From Octopus sinensis (Eukaryota), in the NCBI RefSeq assembly GCF_006345805.1, contig NW_021836178.1, forward strand, positions 1-64,000: a stretch of DNA of 64,000 nucleotides, in the 5' to 3' direction. The notes under the pieces are model-generated. The model saw nothing but the letters and a program-made list of their open reading frames with translations, ran no database searches and was not told the origin of the DNA. The position numbers and the translations under genes are program-made. Positions 1-12,497 of this stretch are shown piece by piece. Every line of letters begins with the position of its first letter. Position 1 is the stretch's first letter.

Positions 1-202
1 ATTATTTCTTATTAAAATTTTTTGACAGGAAGGTTCTTAGAGGAATCAACCTTTTATTGTGCCTCATTATCGAATAACTACAAAGGGAAGGTTTTGACAA
101 TTTGATCTGGTTTGTAACAATTTGAATTGTGGGTGTGCACAGACAGACAGACAGACCACACAGAAGACAGACAGACACACACATACCATTTTATTATTAA
201 GA
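1..202 (-). mobile_element. Probable 5' end of a non-autonomous Helitron-like element with a (CTGT)n microsatellite
   Basis: The minus strand reads A|TCTTAATAATAAAATGGTATGTGTGTGTCTGTCTGTC. A TC start, AT-rich leader and CTGT repeat are typical of Lep1-type Helitron 5' ends. The 3' end lies outside the window. Confidence 0.45.
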
Positions 203-429
203 TGGAAATTCTGATCTAGGAATTTATTCAAACTATTATTAATTTTAATTTTTTAGAAGTAGTTTTGAGACATATGGAATATTGCAGGTACACCGAATTT
301 AGAAAATGTGTCAATTAAAGTTACAATTAAAAAACATCGTGCGAACTAATTTTACAGAATCAAAATGATTTAAAATGTACAAGATCTAATCGAATTAATA
401 TATGTTGGTTCCAGCTTCCTTATCTTTTG

Positions 430-1080
430 CTACCGATCAGGGCGGAATACAGCGTCGGTATCCTTGACAGGTTCCTTGTGGGTGGCTGCTTCCTTTATTT
501 GTTTGTTCTCGTTGTAGGGAAGAGTTGTACTCCAGCGCATGCTCTCCGGTGTTTTTTTGATCACGATTGTCTGAACATATGCACGCGTTGAGTCATGGAC
601 TTGTAGGGAGTTTTGGTAGTGCTGTAAAATTTGGATGTTATTCCATCCCACGTGCGAACCAACAGTACGACATTCACTTTTGCATTATGGATTAACCTCA
701 ATTCGCTTGCCAAAAGGTTATATTTATGTAATTTCTCAACTTCCACATGCTTCAAAGATTGTTGAGAATTAATCCCAACTTTAATCAGCCTAATGAACTT
801 TGTCGTAGACAAAAATATCTGGTTTACTATTATTGACTATCGTATCCGTCTTGATCGTCGTGTCCACCCGTATTTCGACCACCTCATTAGAGACAGTCGA
901 CTGTACGGAGTGGGTCTTCAACTTCCAAGACAGTTTTATCCCGTATTTTCGGCAGATGTGCAAGTGCATGCACCTTACCACCTCATTGTGGCGACGCAGG
1001 TAATCGCTGTTCAACATTCTGCCACATCTTGTAACAAGATGATCCACAGTCTTTTTGGCCGGCGTTGCAATGCCTGCAAC
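430..1080 (-). mobile_element. Degenerate 3' part of an R4/Dong-like RLE retrotransposon (zinc knuckle and PD-(D/E)xK endonuclease)
   Basis: Frameshifted peptides KTVDHLVTRCGRMLNSDYLRRHNEVVRC, KPDIFVYDK, EVEKLHKYNLLA and RAYVQTIVIKKT align with the C-terminus of ORF 51168-52871. Confidence 0.9.
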
Positions 1081-1269
1081 TACTACTACCGTTGTCAAAG
1101 ACAAGTTGCGGTCTGAACCATGCACAGCATTCCCTCCGACGTTGGAGAGTTGTTCCCATGAGATAACCACCAGGACGTTCTTTCAGATCAACGTCAAAAT
1201 CATCATAGCAATTAAACAAATCAAGTGAAATGCCTTATTCATAAACATTAAAAAAATTCATTGTACACA

Positions 1270-1620
1270 AATCCACGAACAAAATGAGAAATGATAAATT
1301 CTGAAAAACATATCAAAAAACTCGGCTCCCTGCTACTGACGCCAAAGACATTTGTCAAAGGAAAATGCTAATACTTCAAAAATGTTTTTATTTAGATAGC
1401 AAAAACTTGTATCACGAAAACTTCATGTCAGATTATACTACATGTTTGCAAGCCACCACTGTTATATAATTCCGGAACATGGAAATCTATAAAAACACAA
1501 TCTAAAAAACTAATACTTCACCGAAACCAACTTTGGCATATGATTGTAATCCACTGGCCAATCAAATCTCGAACCAAAAGTTATATTTTCTCTGAAATCC
1601 AGACTGGTGAGTAAATCCAA
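1270..1620 (+). mobile_element. RTE-like LINE relic (post-RT region)
   Basis: Frameshifted LYNSGTW...HRNQLWHMIVIHWP..ISNQKLY, similar to the relic at 58240-59100. Confidence 0.55.
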
Positions 1621-1932
1621 AGCAAGGAACAAGCTGACGTAGGTGTTGATGCTGCGGAAAATGGCTCAAGCGAACCCCTTTAGAGCCGTGCGAAAAATTT
1701 CGTAAAACTACTACAATGTAAGAGAAATTTCGACTGAAATTATTGACAATAAACACATTTAGAAGTCATAGTTCTTAGTGGTGTAACAGCATAAAGAGCA
1801 ATAGTCATTTATCTCTAAATTTTCAAAAATTATGAAACTTAGTTACTGTGCTGAATATAGGAAAATATTAATTTTATTATTGGTTACAGAAGATAATTAA
1901 ATTTGTTTTTAAATAGTAGTTAGTATATTGAC

Positions 1933-2158
1933 ATGGCCGATCTTGTGGGTGGGTGCAGATACTTTTGAATGTAATAAGTCAATAATGTGTATTTCTATTA
2001 GTGTTATTTGAACTCTCAGAACTTTTAAACACAGGATTGGACAGAGATCACATAAAAGGTTGTACTCAGTTATTGGATTCCGGGTTAACCCAGAAGCTCT
2101 GGGAGAAGTATCTGCGAAATACGAGAAAGAAATACAAAACGAAAATCAAGATGATTAA
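1933..2158 (+). CDS. MZT1: Mitotic spindle organizing protein 1 (MOZART1)
   Basis: A 31-nt GT-AG intron (1971-2001) gives spliced DTFELLFELSELLNTGLDRDHIKGCTQLLDSG(V)NPEALGEV, matching the MZT1 signature LNTGLD...GxNPEAL. Needs 1-bp indel corrections in G-runs. Confidence 0.85.
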
Positions 2159-2787
2159 GTTTGAGTTTATTCTATTTTAATAAATGAAATAAATTATTAT
2201 TACATTTTCTCAGCGGTTGAACATTTAGTAATAAATAGCACATCCTCAACAATAATAATCTTTTTGTTCCTTGTCCCATAACCTGGACAATTCTAATTTG
2301 TTTGTGCCGATCAACATACGCCTCCAAATTCTTCATTACAGATTTCCGTATCCAACGAAAGGTGGGAAAATTTTAGAATGCTCCCATTTGGAAGCCTTTA
2401 CATCGCTGATCATACTTCATTTTTTTCTGGAAGGTTTTTGCATAATGGAGATTTGTCATTGTAATGTGATCAAGGAAGGTAAAACCCTTTCTACAATCGT
2501 ATTGTCCTAGAAGGACTCGTTGCCTTTACGGGTGGGGAACTACTAAGTCTTCTAAGCTGTTGCTAGATATTGTAAAGAGGGTATTTGCAGGATACTGACA
2601 AAAAGGAAGGGTTGACAATTCTCAACAAAAAGACTACAAACTAACTTTGCTAACCATTTAAGCTCTGAATAAACTAGATAAAGATAATTACCTTTGATCC
2701 TATGAATGAATAATTAAATACTTACGACCTTACATTCTAATCATAGTGAAATAATGATACCAATTTTTCCACTATGAAGTCCAATAA

Positions 2788-3320
2788 AGAGAACGCGAGG
2801 GTGGGAAGTGCAGTCAAGTGGGAGTTCTTGGCGATGATTGATGGTCACTAGTGTGTGGTCATTTCAGGCATTCCTCCGGGGTCTGAGGATCCAAATATGA
2901 TGGTCATGTTTTTGAGTGCCACCAAACTGTCCCTGGAATATCGACGATGCGATGAGAAGACAGTTTGAGAACAGGATTTATATTCCCCTGCCATCGCTGA
3001 GTGATCGGATTGCCATTTTATTCCAATTTGAGTGGGGTTACTTGGCTGAGGATGTCGACATTGAGGCTTATGCTGCTCTGATGGATGGCTATTCCGGCTC
3101 GAATATCAGAATTGTGTGCCGAGACGCTGCCATGATGGAAATAAGGAGGAGATTGGTGATTTGACTGGGGAGAGATTAAAATCATTTCAAAGGACGAATG
3201 TTTGAATGTCCGATGGTGATGGACGATCTCCACAGTGCCATTAAAAATGTAAACAAAACTGTCTCGTCAGCTGAGTTGGTCAAGTTCAAGAACGGATCAA
3301 TGAATATGGTTCCTGTAGAT
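2788..3320 (+). pseudogene. KATNA1: 3' fragment of a katanin p60-type AAA ATPase gene
   Basis: VKWEFLAMIDG, then a 24-nt intron (2844-2867), then [31 protein letters not shown]...GYSGSNIRIVCRDAAMM...NKTVSSAELVKF...EYGSC. No Walker A/B exons upstream, and the Arg-finger motif is altered. Confidence 0.75.
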
Positions 3321-3629
3321 TATTATTAGTTATTGAGTATTTTTGACTTTCTTTCTCTTTTATGATAGCTGAAGTTGCAGAATTGGATTCCCCTGTGGAA
3401 TTGGATTGTGTGTTTGAAAAGCTGCCTAAAAAAGCTGCCTAAAGCTGCCTTTCCAAGAGACACGAAACATGAGATTCCATAAAATAGCTAATGTCAACAT
3501 GGCGTTCAAATTTATCGAGAACAAGGGGTTTAAACATGATTTTAATTGGCGCAGAAGATGTACAAATCCTTTAAATTCTCCAGAAATTGTGGACGGAAAT
3601 ATTAAAATGACATTGGAGATGATTTAGAG

Positions 3630-4541
3630 CGGGGGGGTCAAAGATACGGCCCGCGGGCCAGCTCTAGGCCGCGGACGATCTCAAATGGCCCGCGGTAAAA
3701 GTTTAAAAGTGTATTTAAAATCTAAAATTATTATTTAACACCCGAATAAAATAAAGAATCTATAATCTAGAATATAAATAAAAATAAAAAATTATTACTT
3801 AAAAATAATTAATGTTTTTGGATTTATATTATTCTAATTGTTTTTCTTGTCTTGTGCTGATGCCTTTTTCAACTAAACGCAAAGTTAATACAGAATGCAG
3901 ATCTTTCAAAAAAGGGGAAACTGGAGTATTTCTTTGCCGATTTAAATCGGAAACCTACTTGTTTGGTCTGTAGACAAGAAATTTCTGTAAAGAATATAAC
4001 ATTCGACGACACTACCAACCCATCATGCTCATGAATACAATAATTTGATGGGAAAAATTAGAAAAGAGAAGAAATTGATTTGAAATGTGACTCAGATCTG
4101 AAGAATAAATATTCCATGGTGGGCTTAGACACCTTTTATAAATATCTCTTGCCGAAGTATCCCAACTTAACAGCCTTAGCTGCGAAAATCTTGTCAATGT
4201 TTGGAAGTACATATCTATGTGAACAACTTTTTTCTTTAATTAACATAAACAAAATTTCGATCAAGGCTCACCCACACTCATCTAAGTGAGATTCTAAGAT
4301 TGACGGTAACTCAGGATTTCACTCCAGATATTGACACTATTATGAAGAAAAAAAGATGTCAAGTTTCTGGAACTATTTTAATTATAAAAATTAATAAATG
4401 TGTTGTTAAATGATTTTAAATTAAAATTATAAATTAAAAATCATAGTACGAATTTTGTTAAATCAAAAATAAATAGTCTGGCCCGCGGAGCCTAAAATTT
4501 TTTTAATCCGGCCCGCGGAAGAAATGAGTTTGACACCCCTG
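3630..4541 (+). mobile_element. Internally deleted hAT (Buster/SPIN/GTF2IRD2-like) element
   Basis: TIRs CGGGGGGGTCAAA and TTTGACACCCCTG. Perfect 8-bp TSD ATTTAGAG (3622-3629, 4542-4549). Relics of the N-terminal zinc finger (PTCLVCRQEISV) and dimerisation domain (SMFGSTYLCEQLFS). Confidence 0.92.
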
Positions 4542-4699
4542 ATTTAGAGTCTAGTCTAAATTTTAGACTATCATTCTCCGTTTTGCAATTCAGGACATAA
4601 AAACAGAAGGTTCTTGTGGTGTCAAAGGAAGACGGCGGGTTATGGGGATGTGGATGTTCAGAATTTCCATTTCCAATTACTATTAAACCACCAGTTTTA

Positions 4700-5260
4700 A
4701 AAACGGACTGGACAGGATTGACGTAGAATACGAAGAATGGATATTTGGTGTGTATAACAGATTGTGACATTCCAGACCGCAGCAGTGGTCATCCTTGACT
4801 GAGAAGTACTATCGTCTATGTGAGGGATACAAATTGTGGTTGGATATGAGGGAGAGTGAACTGCCCTGGATTGAGGACTTTCAATGGAAAGAAGGGCCAT
4901 TCATGTTGAATAAAGTGGAGACAGTCCTCGCGTGTCTGACGGGTGAATTGAACGATCAGACGAATGCAGTGGCAAAAAATGGCTGGATTCGGTGATTGAG
5001 AACGTTGATAGTCAGGGCGGGGGATGATGCTCGGTATTTAATTGACCGATTAGACCAGTTCGAAGATAACCTGAGTGACGCGGCTAGTCAGCTAAATGGG
5101 ATTCGTTTGTTGAGGGATGAGATGAGGAAAGCAGAGTGGATGAGTGTTGTTGATTACACGTGTGTGTCATTCGATGTTGTGAGTGAGTGTAATGTGTAGT
5201 CCATTGAGGAGTCGTGGGAACGTATGATCAAATCGAAGGAAGACGGGGTGTGTTGATGAA
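4700..5260 (+). pseudogene. Coding-like decayed fragment, weakly spectrin-repeat-like
   Basis: A GC-richer, mostly single-frame stretch interrupted by TGA codons. The helical pattern QWSSLTEKYYRLCEGYKLWLDMRESEL is suggestive, but family assignment is weak. Confidence 0.3.
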
Positions 5261-5699
5261 GGACGCACTCAAGAATGACAAGATTGAGCAAATGAAGGAG
5301 ACCAACTTTTTAGAAAACTGTTCCTTCATAAAAGAGACTACATTCTCGACTTGTCGTACCTAGAATTGGCCAAAAAGGTCAGGACGTGAGTAGTCTTCAT
5401 CATTCCCTGTTCAAATATATTGATTTTGCGCTGATTTCCGCGGTCTCTTCAATCTGCCTAATTTTACATTTTCACTAAAATTTTCTAATAATGACATAAC
5501 CCAAGAAAATCACTTTTAACACCGGGAATAGAAATTTATAACTTAGCAATGTGTAGGATACACTATTATTTAGGGTAAGAGGAGAAGCTAACCCAAATAG
5601 GCTGGAATATTTGTCCAATGACCCGTCAATGCTTTCCCGACTCAATAATTAATGAAAATTAAACAAGGAAATAATTATTAAACCACGAAAGTTAATCCA

Positions 5700-6850
5700 A
5701 ATAATAATTCATTAGTTACTAATTAATTACATTACACAGAAAATTGGTAGGATCCGTACAATATTGACGGCAGTTTTGATTTACACTATCGTCTTCAAAG
5801 TGCAAGTGTGATTTTTTATCAAATTTTATGCAGAAAAATTTCTAAACACATTTTCAAAAATAATACTGTCTGACATCAGCCAAAAAATCATCTTCAGCTA
5901 AAATCAAACTATAATAAGTCAACTTACACAATACGCTTTCTGCTCGAAAATGGTGTGTGTACAAAATATATTTGATGTTTGAAATCTAAAAGATTCAAAT
6001 GTAACTATTAAAAAATTAATTGATTCGGGACTATATGAGAATGGAACAAAGTATTTTTCCTTTAGCATGGTTCGATTAGTGATAAATGTGTCATCACAAC
6101 ACAGTTGTCAACGATGAAGATTTCCCAAAGTGTTACATGGATGTATGTTAGATGAGTGCAGTCTTTCATATTTCTACAGTAATTATAGTCATTTACTCAC
6201 AAAGTTTCTAGTGGGATAAAGCTACCGCTATTCCCAAAACTAACATCAAGTTTAATCAAATTTGGAGTTTCACAAGTTCTAGAAACAATAAACAGGTTAT
6301 CTACAAATCTTTGAGATTTTTGTGCATATCAAATTTGGTAAAATCGCCGTCAAACAATGTAATGCTCTTTAGAATCATACTTTCAAGTGTCGAAGGAATA
6401 GAATTTTTATAATCACAATTAGTCACCATCCATTTTCACTTCAATAATCTCTTTTTGATAAGAGGGGACTGTGCAAATCAGAATATCGTATCCTCGGAGG
6501 ACTTCGAGCTAGCATAAACAATTTCTTTAGTCCAAATCTTCATAACTAATAAACTCAAGTCTTGCTGCGTGTTAGTCTGTTATTCTAAAAAACTCAAATG
6601 TTACTTTCTGGATAGTTTTAAAAATAATTAACAGCTTAATGGAAGCCAGGACCCCAAGATACTAGGCTTGACCTATGCCTAATATGTTGGCTGTATATAC
6701 ATCAAAGTCCCAGCTCTCTTTATTTGCTACAGAATGCTTGGCAAAATCGATCTCTTATAAAATAATGATTTCACCAAATTGTCGATCATAAGATCAAATT
6801 GGCAATTATTTTTTGGTAAGTGAACAAAATATACTTAGTTATGCCCTCAT
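5700..6850 (-). CDS. Putative orphan multi-exon gene, head-to-head with PUM3
   Basis: Several 21-28 nt GT-AG introns (e.g. GTATATACAGCCAACATATTAGGCATAG, GTGAGTAAATGACTATAATTACTGTAG) separate short open segments such as IDFAKHSVANKESWDFD and PNLIKLDVSFGNSGSFIPLETL. The full frame could not be reconstructed. Confidence 0.4.
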
Positions 6851-6960
6851 GTTTTTACTGATTAAAATAAAATTAATTTATATATTTAAATAGATAAATT
6901 TATTATATTAATAAACTTATTAAAATCACGTTTCACTTTTTGTGGTCTCACACTGTGATA

Positions 6961-9007
6961 ATGGCTCGAATACAAACAGGAGCAAAAAGAAAGAAAAGCA
7001 TTGACGATATGAACATCAAAAAACCAAAAAAGGCTAAAATTGAAAATATCAAAACAACTAAACAAAGTCAAAACAATCCTCTGATTCAACAAAAAGAAAA
7101 AAAGCTCTCTCCTCGTGTTAAAAAACAGGAAATGATCAAAAAACTGAAGATCATGTGGGAGTCCCTTCGTCGGTATAAAAAACTAATATTTTCAGAAAAA
7201 AGCTCTCTCCATCCGAACGACAGAACCTCATTTCCAAGATAATAAACACTGCCAAGTCATCCCTCGCCGATGTACAATTCCTCGGTCATTTTTAGTACAT
7301 TTTGTGTGCAAGTGCCAGCAGAATAGTTCAAACTGTGATTAAATTTGGAGACAGACATCAAAGGCTGCTGCTTTTTGACATGCTTAAAGGTTTTTATTTC
7401 CTCTTATTGCTCGTAGAGAGAGTTCCTGATATGTTGCTCTCGAAATATGGGAAACATATACTTCTTAAATTTTTAAAATATGGGTTTTAATTATTATTTA
7501 TTTTTTAGTGGTAAACCAGAAAAGCTATCAATATTTAAATTCATGAGCGGAAAATTCCGCAATTAATAAAACACGCGGTTGTTTAGTGAGTGATTAAATT
7601 AGTAGGAAGCCTCCGTGATTGTAGAACAGTTTTACAGCGAAGAAGCCACTAAACAACAACAGAATGAAATGCTGTGCGAGTTCTTTGGCCCTAACTACAC
7701 CCTTCATAGAGTATATTCACATTTCTACTACTACAGACCAGTCCCTTCACAGTCCTTGACTGACTTTATTACCAACACGACCCAGTCCCATAGGAGTCAG
7801 TGCTTAATCACATCAAAGAGATTGTCATTCCTTTGATCGACCGGTACATCACTCAGTATACCCCCAGGGCCTCATTTCAGTCATCTCTCGTACACCGCCT
7901 GATCTATGACTACATCAACTGCTGTGCTATGTCGGATAAAAATGTGGGAACATGTGATTAATAAATAGGAGTTGATAGAATGTCTATGTGAGCGTCTTCC
8001 TCATATAATGCACACTTTATATGGAAGTAAGGTGGCGATTAAATGCATTAAAGAGGGGTCATCCAAGGTATACTCCTCCATTGATGTTGTAGGATCATGA
8101 GACAGTCCTCACACAACTAAAGACCTTTGTTTGTAGAGCTGCAGTAGATGATCATGGCCACCTTGTGTTGGTGGCACTACTCTCACACGTGCACGACACT
8201 CAACTGCTATTTATATTTAAGGTTAATCCACTTGAGATATATTTAAATTAATTAACTTTATTTAAATTATAGGAATTAATGAGTTCGGTTGATGTATTGA
8301 TGGAGGACAAATATGGATTTAGAGTATTGGCATTTATCCTCCTCCCTACTGACGAACGACTGGTCCCCGGGTCTCTCAGAACGATTTCAGTCAGATTGTG
8401 TGTTTATATTCCACAGGGATGTGAGAATGAACTCCCCAAAGGATTGTTCTCTTATTGTAGAATCGGCATATTTGAGTACATCGAGACACACATTCGAAAG
8501 TTATGTACAAGCAAGAGTAGATTGTGGTTTCTAGTCGCGGCCTTGACCATTGTTGATTTGGGGAATGATGATATTGGTGGAGTATGTAGAGGTGAGATGT
8601 ATTGGGACATATTCGTAGATATTCGAATTAAAATATTTTCGGTTGTGGCTGAATTGGCCACACAGGATGATTTATTTGAACATCCAACTGGTCATTTATT
8701 ACTCAAACATTTAATATGTGCATCACATGGTTTGTTTTAACAATAATTATTTATTATAGGTGGGTTTGCTGAGATTTTGATGGACAAAATGAGCGAATCA
8801 GTCGTGGAGAAATGGATTGCTTGTAATCGAGGATGTTTTGTGATTGTCAGGTGGGTAGTCACACTCATGCTTAGTCTATTTTCATGTAATGTGGGAGAGA
8901 GGCTTGTTGGTATGTTGAGGTCGTTTATTCCTGCTCTCAAAAAGATGGATTGTAGTGGTGCTAAGGTCTTGTTGTCTACTGTTGATAAAGCTGTTCATTC
9001 TTGCTAA
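6961..9007 (+). CDS. PUM3: Pumilio homolog 3 / Puf6-like nucleolar RNA-binding protein, multi-exon
   Basis: Basic N-terminus, WESLRR, ASRIVQTVIKFG, SKYGKHILLKFLKYG, HIMHTLYGSKVA, DDHGHLVLVALL, HPTGHLLLKHLI and C-terminal WIACNRGCFVI. Many mini-introns, e.g. 7173-7195 (23 nt). Confidence 0.88.
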
Positions 9008-9929
9008 ATAAAATCTTAATTGTTTTTTGTTCGAACTTTACTGGCGTGAGTTTCTATGATAGTTCTGTCTTTTGAAATAAGTGTGTCAAAGAGGGATTAA
9101 AATAGACATTTTCATCACGGCTGACAAAAAAACACTTCGTAAAAATGAATAATATTTTGACTTGATTTTCAATAGTGATGCATCAACTTGGATCGAAAAA
9201 CTTTGGAAGATTGGGTATTTAGAACTATCTTTCGGTTAGAACAGTTGTTCTTAACTCAGCGCCTCCTTTTGACAGAATTTTGATGCTTCAAAATTTCGGC
9301 ATTTTCTTATGATTAAAAATATTCATAAACAAAACTTTATTTAAAAATTTTAATGACTGCCTTGTGTCTGATGAGAATTTGTTAGTTTCATTATGTCAGC
9401 TTTACTATTTGACAGATGAAGTCTCAAATCTCCTCTATTCACAATTTGCAATTTATTTCTTTGTTTGGTCAAAATATTGGAGACTGCACAAAATATTCTT
9501 TCAACTAGATATGTTGTAGGAAATGCGTTTCAACTTCATTCCACAATTGAGGATATTTATTCCTATATGTAATCAAGAATTGTTGATATCCATGTTTGTT
9601 GACTTTAGCTTCAAAATCATAATTCAGATTTAATAAATTTTCTGTTATTTTTTGAGATAAATTACGTTTCAAATAAATTTATGGACCGAACAAAAAATTT
9701 TTAATTTGGTGAATTTTCAAAGCGAATTTCATGTCTTTTCTTAATTTTTTTAGATGCAAATAAAAGCATGCGGGCTCAAAAAGTCATGGTGCCATTTAAT
9801 AAATTTTAATATTCTGTAATACCCATGAATTAAAAAGTATTTTTAAGTTTAAAAAATTAAGGGAATCAGCTCAGAGCCTATAAGAACAGTCGACAGAAAC
9901 GGCATTAATTTGTTTTCTAATCATTAATG

Positions 9930-10230
9930 TATTTTAGAGATGCCTACATAAATAATATCACTGATCGAGGGAAATAAGAGCAGTCAGTGGAGTTTTTTTA
10001 TTAGTCACGGTTTATATAGATCCGATTGTCTGAATAAGTTAACTTTATATTGCTGTAATGATAATCCGATCCAGTTCTACAGGAGCAAGTGCTGGCTATG
10101 GTTTTGTGGAGTTTCAGAGGTTTGAAACTACAAATTTAACTTTAGGACGCCGTGGCCAGTATAAGCAGGATGAACGGAGTGAAAATAAAAGGAATAGGAG
10201 AAAGATAAGGCTTCGTAAAGTTTGTAAATA
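9930..10230 (+). CDS. RRM-domain gene fragment (TRNAU1AP/NAM8-like?)
   Basis: MIIRSSSTGASAGYGFVEFQ carries an RNP1 motif. After a short GT-AG intron comes DAVASISRMNGVKIKG. Rest of the model unclear; may be a pseudogene. Confidence 0.5.
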
Positions 10231-10855
10231 TTGATTTTTGTTAGTTTTTATAACCACATGTCGAGAGCAAATGCAATATTCAGTATGCAAAACAAACAAG
10301 AATTGAACTGTAAATGGGGACATTAACTCTTCTCATTCAATAATATTGTGGTTTTTTGAGTTTCTTAATATATATTCTGGATTTTGGTGTCTGTCGCCTA
10401 CGATGTACGAATTTATAAACAATTTTCAGAATGATGCTTCAATGTGATAGCTATTTTGTAATTATAAAAAGTATTTTTATTGAATTTTTTTATTTTGCGT
10501 TCGACAAAATCATTAAATGTTTTGAATTAACTTTAATTTATGTAATTTTGAAAACTCGTGAATAGTATTGAATAACTGGATTAATTTTGTTCAGAATAAT
10601 GTCTTGATGTTATAGTTATTTTTAAGTATAAAAAAGTATTTTTATCAAAGTGGTTGTGTAATAACTGTAGTGCATCGAATTGTTATGTTATGTTATTAAA
10701 GAAATTAGAGAAACTTTATGTTCATTCTTAACATTTGGTATAAGTTTCCTCTTTATTGCAGTTAATCTAACTTTAATATCTATTTTGTTTAATCTAACTA
10801 ACTTTAAAGCTAGCTAGTCCTCCTCCCTCGTTAGTTTTCGTTGAAATTTTCCTTC

Positions 10856-11343
10856 AATGTCAGAAAGAAATTGAGTCGCAGCTTTTTTGACAATTCCGGG
10901 TTTTAAATGTAAGGGGAACAAACTTGAAGGTGTCCGAAATGCATACATATTTTCTCCTCTTTAACTCCTCAGCCTGAACAGTTGGGTATTTTATTCTATT
11001 AGTGAAAAAGAGGACATTTCTGTGTTACATTAAGCTGACTTTTTTTTGAAAACCGTCGCAGAAAACGAGTCAACAAATGGGACGTTGGTGATTGTATTGA
11101 GGAAGATGTAGAAAGTGATGGGAGGGAGACAGATATATGTACAGCATAAGGTAAAGTCAGTGGAGGCGTCAGACACCCATTTCGTATAAAGTAACGAGGA
11201 TTGCTCTTTATAGGTCTTCCCGATTAGAAATTACTTGATCGCCTCTTTGATCTTTATGTAGGTTTAAAAGCCATAGTGGGTTCTTTGAAATCACCATTTG
11301 CGGACGTAAAAAAGAAAAGCTGTGTAATTTTGCAATAAAATAA
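10856..11343 (+). CDS. Possible small orphan multi-exon gene, convergent with CCDC51
   Basis: GC-richer stretch with candidate mini-introns (GTAGAAAGTGATGGGAGGGAGACAG; GTATAAAGTAACGAGGATTGCTCTTTATAG). No recognisable family. Confidence 0.25.
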
Positions 11344-11380
11344 AGAAATGTGAAAATATATTTGTGTATATTTAAGACAA

Positions 11381-12211
11381 TTATTTTATAAACGAAAAGC
11401 ACAAATGTGCAGCCATATATAATAGTGATGAAAATAATGCAATCGACTCAACAGTAATTTCGGAAGAAGGCTCATAGAAAATAGTCTCCTCTAATACCCC
11501 GACAGGGTCTGTCTCCCCCACATCACTTTCTACCCCTCCCTCAATACAATCCTTTTCCAACTGACTCGACAATCGACCTTCCAGTGATTCCAATCTCTCC
11601 ACAACTCCTTCCATCAAACACTCAAAATGATTACAAGCTAACGAAAGAGAAGAAACAAGTTTATTTGTTCGATAGTTGTTGTTTATTGAGGATGCAAATA
11701 ACCCAATCAGGGCACCAACAATCGAGCCAATCAAAGATATATATTTTGTGCTCTCGGCACGTAGTCGTTCCTTTTCGTGGTTACTCCGAAGAGCTGCAGA
11801 AAATGAATTAAATTCGTTTCTTTCTTTTTGATCACTGTCCTCGAGTTGTTGCTTTATTTTACGTTCATTTAACAATAATTCGTGTTCCTATTATTGTTTT
11901 AATATATTTTACTTTGGTTATTAGATTGACGTATTCTGGATTTGAACGGTCTATTCGGTCGAGTTGGTGTCGAAGGTGAGTCAAAGATTCTTGTTTTTGT
12001 TGCCATTTTTTTTTGTAAATCATACCGCACGTGCTGCAGTGCAATCAAGTTTTTTTCAACCTGAATTTTTAAAATTGTGATTTACTTGATTGATATAATC
12101 CTGAGTGTGTTTTATTTCTGTTATACCAAACTTGTCCTCAAATGATTGGTATATTTTAGTGGGGATTCTCTTAATTTTTTGCCCGATTTTTGATAGTTGA
12201 ATACGACTCAT
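11381..12211 (-). CDS. CCDC51: CCDC51 (MITOK / She9-Mdm33 family mitochondrial inner-membrane protein)
   Basis: Spliced through two 25-nt introns (one likely A-run indel): FEDKFGITEIKHTQDYINQ|VEKNL...LDRIDRSNPEYVNLITK|EHELLLNE...FSAALRSNHEKERLRAESTKYISLIGSIVGALIG, the CCDC51 signature. Confidence 0.88.
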
Positions 12212-12497
12212 TAAGTCTCCACTAGGCAGGTATGACTAAAATGAAATTAAAGTTTTTGAATATATGATTTTTACGTATTTTTTATGTAGAAAAATTGTAC
12301 AATAAGACCGGTTTCAGTAGCATGTTGTATAATTTGATTTTTAGAGAGGTCGAAATTTGTTTGTACTATGTCCGCTGTATCTTCTAAAAGAGTGCAAGTT
12401 TTGTTTTATTTCTCCATTTTCCTCATGTTCTTGTTTTCATCGCCTAACTATTGTATATTCTGTTTTCTCAAATTTAATTTTAGGAATGATTTTTCAG

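Noticed and set aside
4795-5199. In-frame TGA read as selenocysteine or an alternative genetic code
   Set aside because: Conserved genes here use TGG for Trp, and PPIH appears to end in TGA. Decay is the simpler explanation.
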